A DNA stretch of 64,000 nt from an uncultured Gammaproteobacteria bacterium (GCA_964523375.1 CAZFYG010000006.1:7349-71348); one strand, 5' to 3'; counted from the first letter of the stretch, positions 31,920 to 42,127 are shown. Numbers and translations: made by a program. Notes: generated from the sequence alone by a model not told the origin.

Positions 31920-32463
31920 TGTGATTTTTTTTAAGTGTTCTGAACCACGACTGTGAATAAATATATAGACTAATAAGAGTAAATATGGAGACAATGAACC
32001 CCAGCCATTCTAGACTGAAATTCAATGATAAACTTTTAAATATAAGAATTAATATAATATAAATTACCTGCAAAACTGTTGTAATTTTTCCAGCAAAATT
32101 TGGCAAAGGTGTTCCAGTTTCTATTATTGTCATATGTATTGATGCACCTAAAAGAATTATTATGTCCCTAGCTAATAAAATAAAGAATACATAAAAAGGT
32201 AAAAGGTCATTTATCCATAAAATAAAAATTGAGCCTGATAAAAGCAGTTTGTCTGCAACTGGATCTAGAATTTTACCTAAGTCTGTTTGCCAGGACATTC
32301 TTCTTGCCAAAAACCCATCCAAGGCATCAGTTATGGAAGCTATAGCAAAAAATATCAAACCCTCAAGATAATCAGCATTATTTATATTATTTAAAATTGG
32401 GTATACCAAGCCCATTCTTACGATTGATAAAAAATTTGGAATAAATATAAAGTATCTGCTCAT
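31912..32463 (-). CDS. CDP-alcohol phosphatidyltransferase family protein
   Basis: Signature DALDGFLARRMSWQTDLGKILDPVADK (D-x2-DG-x2-AR...G-x3-D-x3-D) in a 183-aa, multi-TM protein. Confidence 0.8.
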   Translation of the reverse strand: MSRYFIFIPNFLSIVRMGLVYPILNNINNADYLEGLIFFAIASITDALDGFLARRMSWQTDLGKILDPVADKLLLSGSIFILWINDLLPFYVFFILLARDIIILLGASIHMTIIETGTPLPNFAGKITTVLQVIYIILILIFKSLSLNFSLEWLGFIVSIFTLISLYIYSQSWFRTLKKNHND

Positions 32464-33488
32464 AATTTATATTCTATAGAAATATTGTCTCCTAAATCAG
32501 TAGTATTTAATAAATTTAAGTAAGTATTTTCAACAATTTCTATTAATAAAGTCTCCAATTCTCCATAAAAATTTATTTCACAAAACAGTGTATTATTAGA
32601 AAACTTATTAACCTTTATATTGTTTAAGCCAATGATTCCAAAAAGCAGATCTTTTATTTGCTCATAGTCATTTACGGTATTAATATTTTCAATTTTAAGA
32701 CTATAGCTATTATTGGATTCATAAGAAATGGTTTTAAGATTCAATGAGGATGAAACTTCTTCATCAAGCATATTAAAAAATACATTTAAAAAATCTTTAC
32801 TGAAATTTTTTGATTCAAGTATTGCTTCCAAGTCCCCTGTTGCCTTCCATTCATTGATACCAGTTTTTACAACTTTAATGCTTATTAGGTGATCATGATC
32901 ATATTTAGATTCAACATACTTTTCTGGCTCAATGAGATAGTTGTATGTGAGAATATTTTCGCTGTCTTTTAAATCAAATGATGGTAGATCGATAAATACC
33001 CCTCTTTTCGAGGCGAGCTGATTAATTTTATCTTGCAGAAGTATATCTAATTTATTTGATGAAGTTTCTGAAACGAAGTAAGGACTATTATAGCCATCGT
33101 CGATTTCAAGCAAGATCATATAAACTGGTCTAGATTTACCAATAATTGGTATCTTAAGATCAAAAAAAGTTTGTTCTAATAAAGTCTGGTTGAATTCTGT
33201 AAAAATATAAGGAGTGCCACTAATATTTTTTATAGAGTATTTTGTAATAAAGTCTTTTCGAGCATTACCAGCATTAATTATTTTCCATATATTTGATGGT
33301 TTTGTAGAACCGCTCAATCTATAAACCATGCTATCAAATGATCTATTTAAAGAAGTATCTATGTCATTGCCAATCTCAATTTTATTATTTATATTAAAAA
33401 GTTCATCAAACTCCTTTCCAAAGGAGACATTAGAAAAGATAATTATTAAAAGAAATATATAATTGGTATTGTTACTAAAATAATTCAT
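32460..33488 (-). CDS. secreted protein of unknown function (DUF2066-like)
   Basis: It lies divergent from purM, as recalled for DUF2066 genes in Pseudomonas. A signal peptide follows ATG 33488 (MNYFSNN..IIIFSNVSFG). The ORF-track start at 33512 would overlap the purM start. Confidence 0.5.
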   Translation of the reverse strand: MNYFSNNTNYIFLLIIIFSNVSFGKEFDELFNINNKIEIGNDIDTSLNRSFDSMVYRLSGSTKPSNIWKIINAGNARKDFITKYSIKNISGTPYIFTEFNQTLLEQTFFDLKIPIIGKSRPVYMILLEIDDGYNSPYFVSETSSNKLDILLQDKINQLASKRGVFIDLPSFDLKDSENILTYNYLIEPEKYVESKYDHDHLISIKVVKTGINEWKATGDLEAILESKNFSKDFLNVFFNMLDEEVSSSLNLKTISYESNNSYSLKIENINTVNDYEQIKDLLFGIIGLNNIKVNKFSNNTLFCEINFYGELETLLIEIVENTYLNLLNTTDLGDNISIEYKL

Positions 33489-33505
33489 CACAATAGGTAT
33501 TCTAA

Positions 33506-34534
33506 ATGACAAAAGAAAATATAGATAATGATCCGTATAAATCTGCTGGGGTAGATATTTCTGCTGGAAATAATTTAATTGAACTCATTAAAGATGATGT
33601 TACAAAAACTCAGGGGGAAAATGTTTTAGGTGGTATTGGTGGTTTTGCTGGTATGTATAAGCTAAATAAAGATTTTAAAAACCCGGTTTTGGTTGCGTGT
33701 ACAGATGGAGTTGGAACTAAAGTCGCTCTAGCACAGCAATATAATAATTTAGAATATATTGGGCAAGATTTAGTTGCGATGTGTGTGAATGATTTAGTTA
33801 CATGTGGCGCGCAACCTCTATTTTTTCTTGATTATTTTGCAACATCTAAATTAAATGTAAGTGAGGCATCGGTGATCATTGGTAGCATAGCAAGAGCTTG
33901 CAGAGCATCAGGCTGTGCGCTTTTAGGCGGTGAAACAGCTGAGATGCCAGGACATTATATTAATGATAATTTTGATTTAGCAGGCTTTTCAGTTGGTTGC
34001 GTAGATGAAAATAAAATCATTAAAGGTGATGACATTGAAGATGGAGACATTCTTATTGGAATTGAGTCAAGTGGCGCGCATTCAAATGGATATTCTCTTA
34101 TAAGAAAGGTTTTGGAGCAAAGCAAATGCCCAAGTGATGAAAAAAATGAAATGGTTGACTTGTTCTTAAAACCTACACATCTCTATCCAAAGGTAGTTCA
34201 AGATTTAACAAAAAATCAAAGGATTAAAGGCATGAGTCACATCACAGGCGGCGGTCTAACCGAAAATCTTCCAAGATCAATTCCTAAAAATTTGTCTGTT
34301 AAAATCTATAAAGAATCTTGGGATTTACCAAAAGAGTTTAAGTGGCTTAAAGATAATGGCAATATTACTGAGGAAGATATGTATAGGATTTTTAACTGCG
34401 GTATTGGGATGGTGCTTATTGTTAATAGTGAAGATGTGTCTTCAATTCAGTCAATAATTAATGATCATGGTTATAAGAATTTTGAGATTGGTTCTGTCGG
34501 AAAAAATGCTAAATCCCAAATTAGCTATATATAA
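33506..34534 (+). CDS. purM: phosphoribosylformylglycinamidine cyclo-ligase (AIR synthetase)
   Basis: YKSAGVDISAGN, DGVGTK, and the GHSNGYSL-type block SGAHSNGYSLIRK. Confidence 0.95.
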   Translation: MTKENIDNDPYKSAGVDISAGNNLIELIKDDVTKTQGENVLGGIGGFAGMYKLNKDFKNPVLVACTDGVGTKVALAQQYNNLEYIGQDLVAMCVNDLVTCGAQPLFFLDYFATSKLNVSEASVIIGSIARACRASGCALLGGETAEMPGHYINDNFDLAGFSVGCVDENKIIKGDDIEDGDILIGIESSGAHSNGYSLIRKVLEQSKCPSDEKNEMVDLFLKPTHLYPKVVQDLTKNQRIKGMSHITGGGLTENLPRSIPKNLSVKIYKESWDLPKEFKWLKDNGNITEEDMYRIFNCGIGMVLIVNSEDVSSIQSIINDHGYKNFEIGSVGKNAKSQISYI

Positions 34535-34552
34535 ATATCAAATTATATTTAT

Positions 34553-35206
34553 ATGAAAAGAATAGTAGTTTTGCTTTCTGGTAATGGTTCTAACCTTCAA
34601 GCTATTATTGATAAGATCAATGCTGGCAATATTAATGGCGTCATTGTTGCTGTTATCTCCAATAATGCTCAAGCTTTTGGTCTAAAAAGAGCAGAAAAAG
34701 AGAATTTAGATACTATTACCTTAAACCATCTTGAATATGAAAATCGCGATCTTTTTGATGCTGCTCTTTTAAAAAAACTAATCTCACTATCACCAGATTT
34801 GATTGTTTTAGCTGGGTTTATGAGAATACTAACCTCAAAAATAACAGATTATTTTGATGGAAAAATAATTAATATTCACCCTTCCCTTCTCCCTTTGTAC
34901 CCTGGCTTGAACACACATCAAAAGGTAATAAATAATAATGATAAAAATCATGGAATTTCAATACATTATGTTTCATCTAAACTTGATGCTGGGCCGTTAA
35001 TTGCGCAAGCTGCTTTTGACGTTAAGGAAATTAAAACAAAGGAGTTGCTCGAAGAAAAGATTCATATTATTGAACATTCAATGTTTCCTTTTGTCATAGA
35101 AAATATATGTTTAGAAAATATACGTTGGGACAAGAAATCAAAAAAAGTTATATTTAAAAATATGGGTACAATTAATGATTCAATTCAAAAAAAATATGAA
35201 ATTTAG
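34553..35206 (+). CDS. purN: phosphoribosylglycinamide formyltransferase
   Basis: VLLSGNGSNLQAI, NIHPSLLP and HYVSSKLDAGP. Confidence 0.93.
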   Translation: MKRIVVLLSGNGSNLQAIIDKINAGNINGVIVAVISNNAQAFGLKRAEKENLDTITLNHLEYENRDLFDAALLKKLISLSPDLIVLAGFMRILTSKITDYFDGKIINIHPSLLPLYPGLNTHQKVINNNDKNHGISIHYVSSKLDAGPLIAQAAFDVKEIKTKELLEEKIHIIEHSMFPFVIENICLENIRWDKKSKKVIFKNMGTINDSIQKKYEI

Positions 35207-35882
35207 TTACGTATTTAGCATTCTGTTTTTGTCAATTAATGTATTTAGCATAGAAAATTATGTTGCTGAATATAGATGGGAATCATCTGATCGAGATATC
35301 TTAGGTGTTCGTAAGCTTATTATTGAAGAGAATGGTGCCTCGTCGCTATCTTTTAAAGCAAATAAATCATTTATAAAACTTGATATTGAAACTGATTTTA
35401 AATTTCTTAATAAGAAGGTTGAGAGTAAAGAATATTCTGTTGGTGTTAAGCCAACAATGGTCAATCGTAGCCAGAAATTATTTTTTAATAATATTGAGAA
35501 TTCAATAAATTCAAAGGGTAGATATGAATGGTCTGCTAATACAATATCAAAATCAGTCCTAGACCCCTTAAATGCTCAAATACAAGTAAGAATGAATGTT
35601 CTTGATGGGTATAAAGACTTTTCTATTGATATCATAGAAATGAAAGATGGAACTATTGAGCCTAATTTTTACAAAGTTACATCAGAAAATGTAGATTGTT
35701 ATGTTGGAGATGATAAATATTCTTGCATCGAAGTTACAAGGCTAAGGAAATATGATGATAGAAAAACAATTTACTTAATCGCAAAAGATTTAGGTTATAT
35801 GTTCGTAAAAATAAAAGATGTTGATCTAGATCCAAAGAAAAACCAAACACTTTCCTTGGAAAAAATATTAAGTCTTGGGTAG
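35175..35882 (+). CDS. secreted protein of unknown function (DUF3108-like)
   Basis: Signal peptide, positioned after purN as recalled for DUF3108 genes. The real start may be ATG 35196 ([11 protein letters not shown]). Confidence 0.4.
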   Translation: MIQFKKNMKFSYVFSILFLSINVFSIENYVAEYRWESSDRDILGVRKLIIEENGASSLSFKANKSFIKLDIETDFKFLNKKVESKEYSVGVKPTMVNRSQKLFFNNIENSINSKGRYEWSANTISKSVLDPLNAQIQVRMNVLDGYKDFSIDIIEMKDGTIEPNFYKVTSENVDCYVGDDKYSCIEVTRLRKYDDRKTIYLIAKDLGYMFVKIKDVDLDPKKNQTLSLEKILSLG

Positions 35883-36437
35883 TGTTACCCCAGTTTGACC
35901 TTGATACTTTCCGCCTCTATCCCTATAACTAACTTCACAATCTTCATCAGATTCTAAAAATATCATTTGGGCAACGCCTTCGCCTGCATAAATTTTTGCT
36001 GGTAGATTTGTAGTATTGGAGAACTCAAGTGTTACATGACCCTCCCACTCAGGCTCTAAAGGCGTTACATTAACAATAATTCCACATCGAGCATAAGTCG
36101 ATTTTCCAAGGCAAATAGTCAACACTTTTCTAGGTATTTTAAAATATTCAATTGTTCTTGCTAAAGCAAAAGAGTTAGGAGGAATTACACAAACATCGGA
36201 TTTAACATCTACAAAACTATTAGCATCAAAATTTTTAGGATCGACAACAGCTGAGTTAATGTTAGTAAATACTTTAAACTCATTTGAGCACCTTACATCA
36301 TACCCAAAACTGGATACGCCATAAGAAATAAGCTTATTACCACTTGAATCCAATCTAACTTGGTTTTCAGAAAAAGGTTCTATCATCCCATTTGAAGTAG
36401 ACATTTCTTTTATCCATTTATCTGATTTAATCGACAT
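35868..36437 (-). CDS. dcd: dCTP deaminase
   Basis: 189 aa with SFGYDVRC and [22 protein letters not shown] blocks. Confidence 0.93.
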   Translation of the reverse strand: MSIKSDKWIKEMSTSNGMIEPFSENQVRLDSSGNKLISYGVSSFGYDVRCSNEFKVFTNINSAVVDPKNFDANSFVDVKSDVCVIPPNSFALARTIEYFKIPRKVLTICLGKSTYARCGIIVNVTPLEPEWEGHVTLEFSNTTNLPAKIYAGEGVAQMIFLESDEDCEVSYRDRGGKYQGQTGVTLPKT

Positions 36438-37023
36438 TTATTTCAGTTCTCCCTTGAATTGCTCTCGCAATAGTATTTCCGTCAACATATTCTAGCTCTC
36501 CACCAATAGGTATACCATATGAAATTCTAGAAACTTTAATATCTTTTATATGATCTTTAATAAATATTGCTGTTGCATCACCCTCAACTGTTGAGCTAGT
36601 AGCAAGAATTATTTCTTTAACATCTTCTTTGCTAATTAAATTTAGTAGTTGGTCTATCCCTAGATCCTCCGGACCTACTCCATCAATTGGAGACAATCTG
36701 CCAAGTAATACAAAATATTTACCTCGAAAACCTCCCGTTGACTCTATAGCCAACATGTCTGATGGATTTTCAATAACACAAATACTTTGATTGTCTCTTG
36801 ATGTATCTGAACAAACTTTACAGTATTCATTAGAGGTCAACATCCTACATCTTTTACATCTACCAATAGATTCTACTGCGCCCTGAAGGGTCTTTGATAG
36901 CAAAGATGCTCCATCTTTATTTTTGTCTAAGAGATATAAAGCCATTCTCTGAGCTGACTTTTTTCCCACACCTGGCAAAATAGTTAAGGAATTTATTAAA
37001 TCATTTAGTAAATCAGTTTGCAT
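36427..37023 (-). CDS. recR: recombination protein RecR
   Basis: [11 protein letters not shown] helix-hairpin-helix, a C4 zinc finger (CKRC...CKVC) and a Toprim domain. Confidence 0.95.
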   Translation of the reverse strand: MQTDLLNDLINSLTILPGVGKKSAQRMALYLLDKNKDGASLLSKTLQGAVESIGRCKRCRMLTSNEYCKVCSDTSRDNQSICVIENPSDMLAIESTGGFRGKYFVLLGRLSPIDGVGPEDLGIDQLLNLISKEDVKEIILATSSTVEGDATAIFIKDHIKDIKVSRISYGIPIGGELEYVDGNTIARAIQGRTEINVD

Positions 37024-37024
37024 G

Positions 37025-38641
37025 CTAATTGATTGGTTTAATAGATTTTTCTTTTATAGTTGCATCAAATTTTGTCATAAAATTTTTGATTGATTCGTTA
37101 TTTTTAATATTGTCTTCCGCGTTTTCTTGCTTTACTTTATTTTCTTTTTCTTCCTGCTGCAAGGGGCCGTCAGTAGTAATTGATTGCTCTAGTTTAATTA
37201 TTATTTTTGTCTTAAAGGCCTCCGTACAAATGTTTTCAAATTCCTTTTTAACATTCAGTGGAATGTCATTCCTTTTAAGGTCTCCACCTAAATATATTTC
37301 ACTGCCTTCCATTTTTAAAAAAGTAAAATTTCCATAATAGTTTTTTACAAAAACACTCATCTCAAGCTCTCTAAAAAAAGCTATCCAGTCATGATTAGAG
37401 AGTATTTTTAATGGCTGGATTTGAGCAGGGCTTTTCTTTAAGACTGGTTCGGCAATATTATTTTTAATTTCAACTGATACAGTTTCTTTAGAGCTGCTAA
37501 CAGGTTGGATTAAGTTTTTTTTTTCACTCACAGTTTCATTTGACGATTTTGTTTTATCATGAATACTTGCTAAAGGATTAAAAGCCAACATTCTAAGAAT
37601 ACAAATCTCTAATGCTTCTTTTGGATTAGGGTGAATACTAAATTTAGAATATGAGTTCACAGCTATTTCATATATTAATTGAATAAATTCCTTGTCTACA
37701 GATTGAGCAATGCTTCTTACAGGTTCTTTATTTGAATTTTTAAGGACTTGCTCTAAAGAAACTTTATGAATAAAACTGATAATATGCTTAAGCACATTTT
37801 CGTATTCAGGCGTTAGCTCTTCTATCTTATAAAAAATATTAAATGCCTTCTCAGCCTCACCGCCTACAACAGCATCAATTAATTCATAAACGAGAGAGTC
37901 ATCAATTGTTCCAAGTAACGCTTTAACATCAGCTTCATTTAGAGCTCCGTTACCATGGGCTATAGATTGATCCAAAAGCGTAAGCGCATCTCTTACAGAG
38001 CCCTGAGCTGAATCTGAAATTAAAGCTAAAGAATTTTTATCATGTTGAATTTTTTCAGAATTAACTACATTTTGCAGGTGAGTTTCAAGATTATCTCTAT
38101 TGATAGTTTTAAGATTAAGTTGAAGGCACCTTGATTGAACTGTCTTAGGTATTTTTTCAGGGTCTGTTGTTGCAAAAATAAATATAACATGTGCTGGTGG
38201 CTCTTCTAAGGTTTTGAGAAGTGCATTGAAGCTACTTGTAGATAACATATGGACCTCATCTATTAAGTAGATTTTATATCTTCCTGATGATGGCTTGTAT
38301 TGAACTGTGTCAAGCAGCTCTCTCATATCATCGACACCAGTTTTTGACGCTGCGTCAATTTCAAGAAAATCTAAATGCCTTCCTGTTTTTATTTCATCAC
38401 ATACTGTGCAACTATCACATGGTTTTGTAACAGGTTTATCAGATGATAAGCAATTCAAGCATTTGGATAATATTCTAGCCAATGTAGTCTTGCCCACGCC
38501 CCTAGTTCCTGAAAATATATAAGCTTGGTGTATTTTATTTGAAGCAATGCTGTTTGTGATTGCTTGAATTATATGCGACTGGCCTACAACTTCCTCGAAG
38601 TTGGATGGTCTATATTTTCTTGCTAAAACCTCATATGACAT
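37025..38641 (-). CDS. dnaX: DNA polymerase III subunit tau (possibly also gamma)
   Basis: Walker A GTRGVGKTT, zinc module CLNC...CDSCTVC, SRC motif (VQSRC). 538 aa, with an A10 run at codons 373-376. Confidence 0.95.
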   Translation of the reverse strand: MSYEVLARKYRPSNFEEVVGQSHIIQAITNSIASNKIHQAYIFSGTRGVGKTTLARILSKCLNCLSSDKPVTKPCDSCTVCDEIKTGRHLDFLEIDAASKTGVDDMRELLDTVQYKPSSGRYKIYLIDEVHMLSTSSFNALLKTLEEPPAHVIFIFATTDPEKIPKTVQSRCLQLNLKTINRDNLETHLQNVVNSEKIQHDKNSLALISDSAQGSVRDALTLLDQSIAHGNGALNEADVKALLGTIDDSLVYELIDAVVGGEAEKAFNIFYKIEELTPEYENVLKHIISFIHKVSLEQVLKNSNKEPVRSIAQSVDKEFIQLIYEIAVNSYSKFSIHPNPKEALEICILRMLAFNPLASIHDKTKSSNETVSEKKNLIQPVSSSKETVSVEIKNNIAEPVLKKSPAQIQPLKILSNHDWIAFFRELEMSVFVKNYYGNFTFLKMEGSEIYLGGDLKRNDIPLNVKKEFENICTEAFKTKIIIKLEQSITTDGPLQQEEKENKVKQENAEDNIKNNESIKNFMTKFDATIKEKSIKPIN

Positions 38642-38662
38642 ATGGGCTGATCATAACATGAC

Positions 38663-39103
38663 CTAGTTAAAAACTGATTCGATTTCTGTAAAAGAAAAGC
38701 CTCTATTTATTAAAAAATTTTTTTGCTTTGCTTTAAGTTTGAAATCAACTGACACCCCGTCTCTGAATTTTTTATTAAACACTTGATGTGCTAATTCTTC
38801 CCATTCGCCTGATTCTGATATTGCTTCATTTGCTATAAAGCTTTCCACTCCTTTTGATAAAAGCTCGTAAGAGATTTTCTTAGGGCCAAACCCTTTCCTT
38901 TTTCGGGCAGCAACATAATGTTCTGAAAACCTTGCGTCGTTAATTAAATTATTATCTTCTAGCTTTTGGATAGTTAATTCAATCAAATCTAAATTAGAAA
39001 ATTTTTTTGAAAGCTTGTCTAATATTTCTTTTTTTGAATGCTCTCTTCGAGATAAAATATCTAAAGATTTGTTATAAATTTCAACAGGTTCTTCTATCAT
39101 CAA
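38663..39103 (-). CDS. recX: regulatory protein RecX
   Basis: 146 aa with three-repeat helical RecX-like blocks (LSRREHSKKEILDKL, LINDARFSEHYVAARKRKGFGPKKISYELLSKGV). Confidence 0.7.
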   Translation of the reverse strand: MMIEEPVEIYNKSLDILSRREHSKKEILDKLSKKFSNLDLIELTIQKLEDNNLINDARFSEHYVAARKRKGFGPKKISYELLSKGVESFIANEAISESGEWEELAHQVFNKKFRDGVSVDFKLKAKQKNFLINRGFSFTEIESVFN

Positions 39104-39564
39104 TCAATTGGCAGAACTCTCGATTTTCCATTTCTTTTTATTATTCTTACTTTCTGATTTTTTTCGTACCTAACATCACTCGACTCTTGAATAATGGATA
39201 CCAGTCTCCCAGAAGTTGTCTCAATTAATAACTCGACCCCATTTTTTTTAGTCATTGCTGAACCTATATTCGCTCCAATAGCGCTACCAGCAAGGGCACC
39301 AAGAACAGAAGCAATATCTGATTCAGTATCAGAATCTGTTGTATTTTTACCTGCAACGCCTCCAATTGCCGCTCCTGCTGCTGCTCCAAGCCTTCTGTCA
39401 CCTTCAATGGTCACATTGGTAATGTCTAAAATAGTTCCAAGAGTTATGCTCTGTTGTTTTTGAACGTCACCTCTAGATACTGTAGTCGGCTGTTGCGAAA
39501 TATTTACACAACTAGTTGTAAATAATCCTAAAAGTATAATTATTGAAAATTTATTTTTTATCAT
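39100..39564 (-). CDS. outer-membrane lipoprotein with glycine-zipper motif (SlyB-like)
   Basis: Lipobox LFTTSC and glycine zippers GAAAGAAIGGVAG and GALAGSAIGANIG. Confidence 0.6.
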   Translation of the reverse strand: MIKNKFSIIILLGLFTTSCVNISQQPTTVSRGDVQKQQSITLGTILDITNVTIEGDRRLGAAAGAAIGGVAGKNTTDSDTESDIASVLGALAGSAIGANIGSAMTKKNGVELLIETTSGRLVSIIQESSDVRYEKNQKVRIIKRNGKSRVLPID

Positions 39565-39952
39565 CTATCTGCTCCATTTTTTTATATTTTCGATTTAAAT
39601 CATCTGTGATTAAGTAGTATGTTTTATCTTTACTAAAACCATCTAAAAGGCTCACCTTGTATATGTCGCCACTAAAAAATGGCTCAATAAGTTTTACTCT
39701 ATAGCCCTTCTTAAGTCTTACTAATTTCCTTGAATCAATATATGAAAACTGATTCCAATCGCCATACTCTCTTCCTCTATAAGTGTGCAGCGCATCTTGC
39801 GGCATCATATATAGAACCTGCCCATTCCCTGAAAACCTGCTGCTATGCGTATCTAAGACCCATATATCTTCCGGTTGAATTAGCGGATCAGTGGTCTCTT
39901 CTGAATATGTAAATAAGGATAGAAATGCTGTTATAAAAAATATTAATTTCAT
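39551..39952 (-). CDS. secreted hypothetical protein
   Basis: 133 aa with an N-terminal signal peptide. It overlaps the next gene by 14 nt. No family recognised. Confidence 0.4.
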   Translation of the reverse strand: MKLIFFITAFLSLFTYSEETTDPLIQPEDIWVLDTHSSRFSGNGQVLYMMPQDALHTYRGREYGDWNQFSYIDSRKLVRLKKGYRVKLIEPFFSGDIYKVSLLDGFSKDKTYYLITDDLNRKYKKMEQIDDKK

Positions 39953-40108
39953 AAAGTTAAGACATATAAATTGGGAAATAGTTCAAAATAATTACTCCAG
40001 TAAAATACATAAATAAATTTTTGCTATTGTAAATAACCTCTTTGTACCAATATTAAACATTAGACCACAAATCTCTATTCAATAATCAAATAATGATAAT
40101 ATTAGGCT

Positions 40109-42088
40109 ATGAAATATAAATTATTACTGCTAATTCTGATCCCAATGATTGGAATAGGTTCCAATGAAGTAAATACTGGTCATGCAAAAGTATCTTTGGT
40201 GAAGAGCGCAGAAAATCTCATTGCAAACCAATCATTTATTGGTATAAAGTTTGATCTTAACAGCGGCTGGCATACTTACTGGAAGAACCCTGGTGACTCA
40301 GGCGGCCCTTTAGAGATTAAATGGAATATGCCGGATAATCTTGAATTAAGTCAAATTAGCTGGCCTACTCCGCATTTAATACCATATCCACCTCTGATGA
40401 CATATGGTTATGATAAAGAAGTTATTTTTCCTTTTAAAGTTCTTGATTACGAAAATACTGGCTTAGATTCATCTATTGAAGTTTCTGTGGACTTCCTTAT
40501 ATGCGCAGATGTATGTATTCCAGAAAAAGCCTTAATAAAAACCTCAATAAACAATATCGAATTTGATAGTAATCTAATAAAAATTCAGTCAGACATACCT
40601 TCAACCATTCTTCCAGTTGAAGCAAATATAAATAAGAAAACTTTAGAGATAAGGTTTTCTAAAACTTCTAATGTCTCAAACGTTTACTTCTTTTCTGAAA
40701 TTCAAGACTTCGTTGATCATGCTGCTGCTCAAAATCTAATTGAGTATGAAAACTCCTATCTACTTTCGGTCGATCTGTTAGATGGCCAACTAGATAGTAA
40801 TAATATTAAAGGTTTAATTGAGATAGACGATAGTGTCTATTTAATAGACTCTGATTTAATACTAAGCGCTGAACAAAGTAATGAATTTGGAATACTTGAA
40901 GCTTTATTTTTTGCTTTTATAGGGGGATTGATTTTAAATCTGATGCCTTGCGTCTTCCCAGTAATATCTCTAAAAGTCTTAAGTTTTGTATCAATGAGTG
41001 GAGAATCTGAAAATAAGATAAGACTTCATTCCTTAAGCTTTTCCTTGGGTGTATTAATTTCATTTTTAGCTATTGCCATTCTTTTGATAGTTTTGAAAGA
41101 GTCTGGAAATTATCTTGGCTGGGGTTTTCAACTTCAATCTCCTTTAATTGTATCCTCTTTAGCGATTGTAATGTTTGTTATAGGTCTTATTTTATTGACA
41201 GATATCAACATAGGAAGCTCTTTGACTAGATCAAATTTTAATAATGAGTCATATTCTGGATACTTAAATTCTTTCTTAACGGGCGTACTTGCTGTAATCG
41301 TTGCTTCTCCTTGCACAGCTCCTTTTATGGGTGCTGCTATTGGATATGCATTGGTTCAGCCTTCTGGCACTACGTTGCCTATTTTTGCATCACTTGGGCT
41401 CGGGTTTGCAGCACCCTACATGCTGCTTAGTGCAAATCCTAAGCTAATATCTCTCATGCCCAGACCGGGTAAGTGGATGGAGACATTAAAAGAATTCTTT
41501 GCATTCCCAATGTTTGCAACTGCATTATGGTTAATATGGGTATTTAGTATTCAATCTAATATAGATGGGCTAATAAATTTATTGGTTTGCTTATTGTTAA
41601 CTGGCCTGCTTATTTGGGTTTTTAAAACTTTTAAAAATACTATTTTTCTTATTTTAATAACTACAATAGTTTTGGGTTCTATAATTACTCAACTTATCTC
41701 GATAAATAATATTTCAAACTCCAGTCCTGCCGTAAGCTCAAATAAAAATGATATTGGGCAATGGTATTTTGGAATTGAAGATGAGATGCAAGCCAAAAAA
41801 CAACCATACCTCATTAACTTCACTGCTGCTTGGTGCATTACTTGCCAGGCAAATGATAAAATTGCTCTCTCTAGACCTCTTGTTAAAGAGTATCTAATTG
41901 CAAATAATATAAATTACATAGTTGCAGACTGGACCAATAAAGATAGCGATATTTTAAAATCTTTAAATTTCTATGGCAGGAGCGGAGTTCCTTTATATAT
42001 ATATTGGAAGCCTGGAATGTTGAAACCTGATATTCTTCCTGCGATTCTTACAGAGTCATTGTTGCTTGAAAAATTAGATAATTCTTAA
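40109..42088 (+). CDS. DsbD-family thiol:disulfide interchange (electron-transfer) membrane protein
   Basis: 659 aa with an N-terminal periplasmic domain (YWKNPGDSGGP, CADVC), a central CcdA-type core (LNLMPCVFPV, ASPCTAPF) and a C-terminal thioredoxin domain WCITCQ. Confidence 0.8.
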   Translation: MKYKLLLLILIPMIGIGSNEVNTGHAKVSLVKSAENLIANQSFIGIKFDLNSGWHTYWKNPGDSGGPLEIKWNMPDNLELSQISWPTPHLIPYPPLMTYGYDKEVIFPFKVLDYENTGLDSSIEVSVDFLICADVCIPEKALIKTSINNIEFDSNLIKIQSDIPSTILPVEANINKKTLEIRFSKTSNVSNVYFFSEIQDFVDHAAAQNLIEYENSYLLSVDLLDGQLDSNNIKGLIEIDDSVYLIDSDLILSAEQSNEFGILEALFFAFIGGLILNLMPCVFPVISLKVLSFVSMSGESENKIRLHSLSFSLGVLISFLAIAILLIVLKESGNYLGWGFQLQSPLIVSSLAIVMFVIGLILLTDINIGSSLTRSNFNNESYSGYLNSFLTGVLAVIVASPCTAPFMGAAIGYALVQPSGTTLPIFASLGLGFAAPYMLLSANPKLISLMPRPGKWMETLKEFFAFPMFATALWLIWVFSIQSNIDGLINLLVCLLLTGLLIWVFKTFKNTIFLILITTIVLGSIITQLISINNISNSSPAVSSNKNDIGQWYFGIEDEMQAKKQPYLINFTAAWCITCQANDKIALSRPLVKEYLIANNINYIVADWTNKDSDILKSLNFYGRSGVPLYIYWKPGMLKPDILPAILTESLLLEKLDNS

Positions 42089-42127
42089 ATTTAAACTATA
42101 ATAGACCAAATAAATTTTTGAGGCTTT

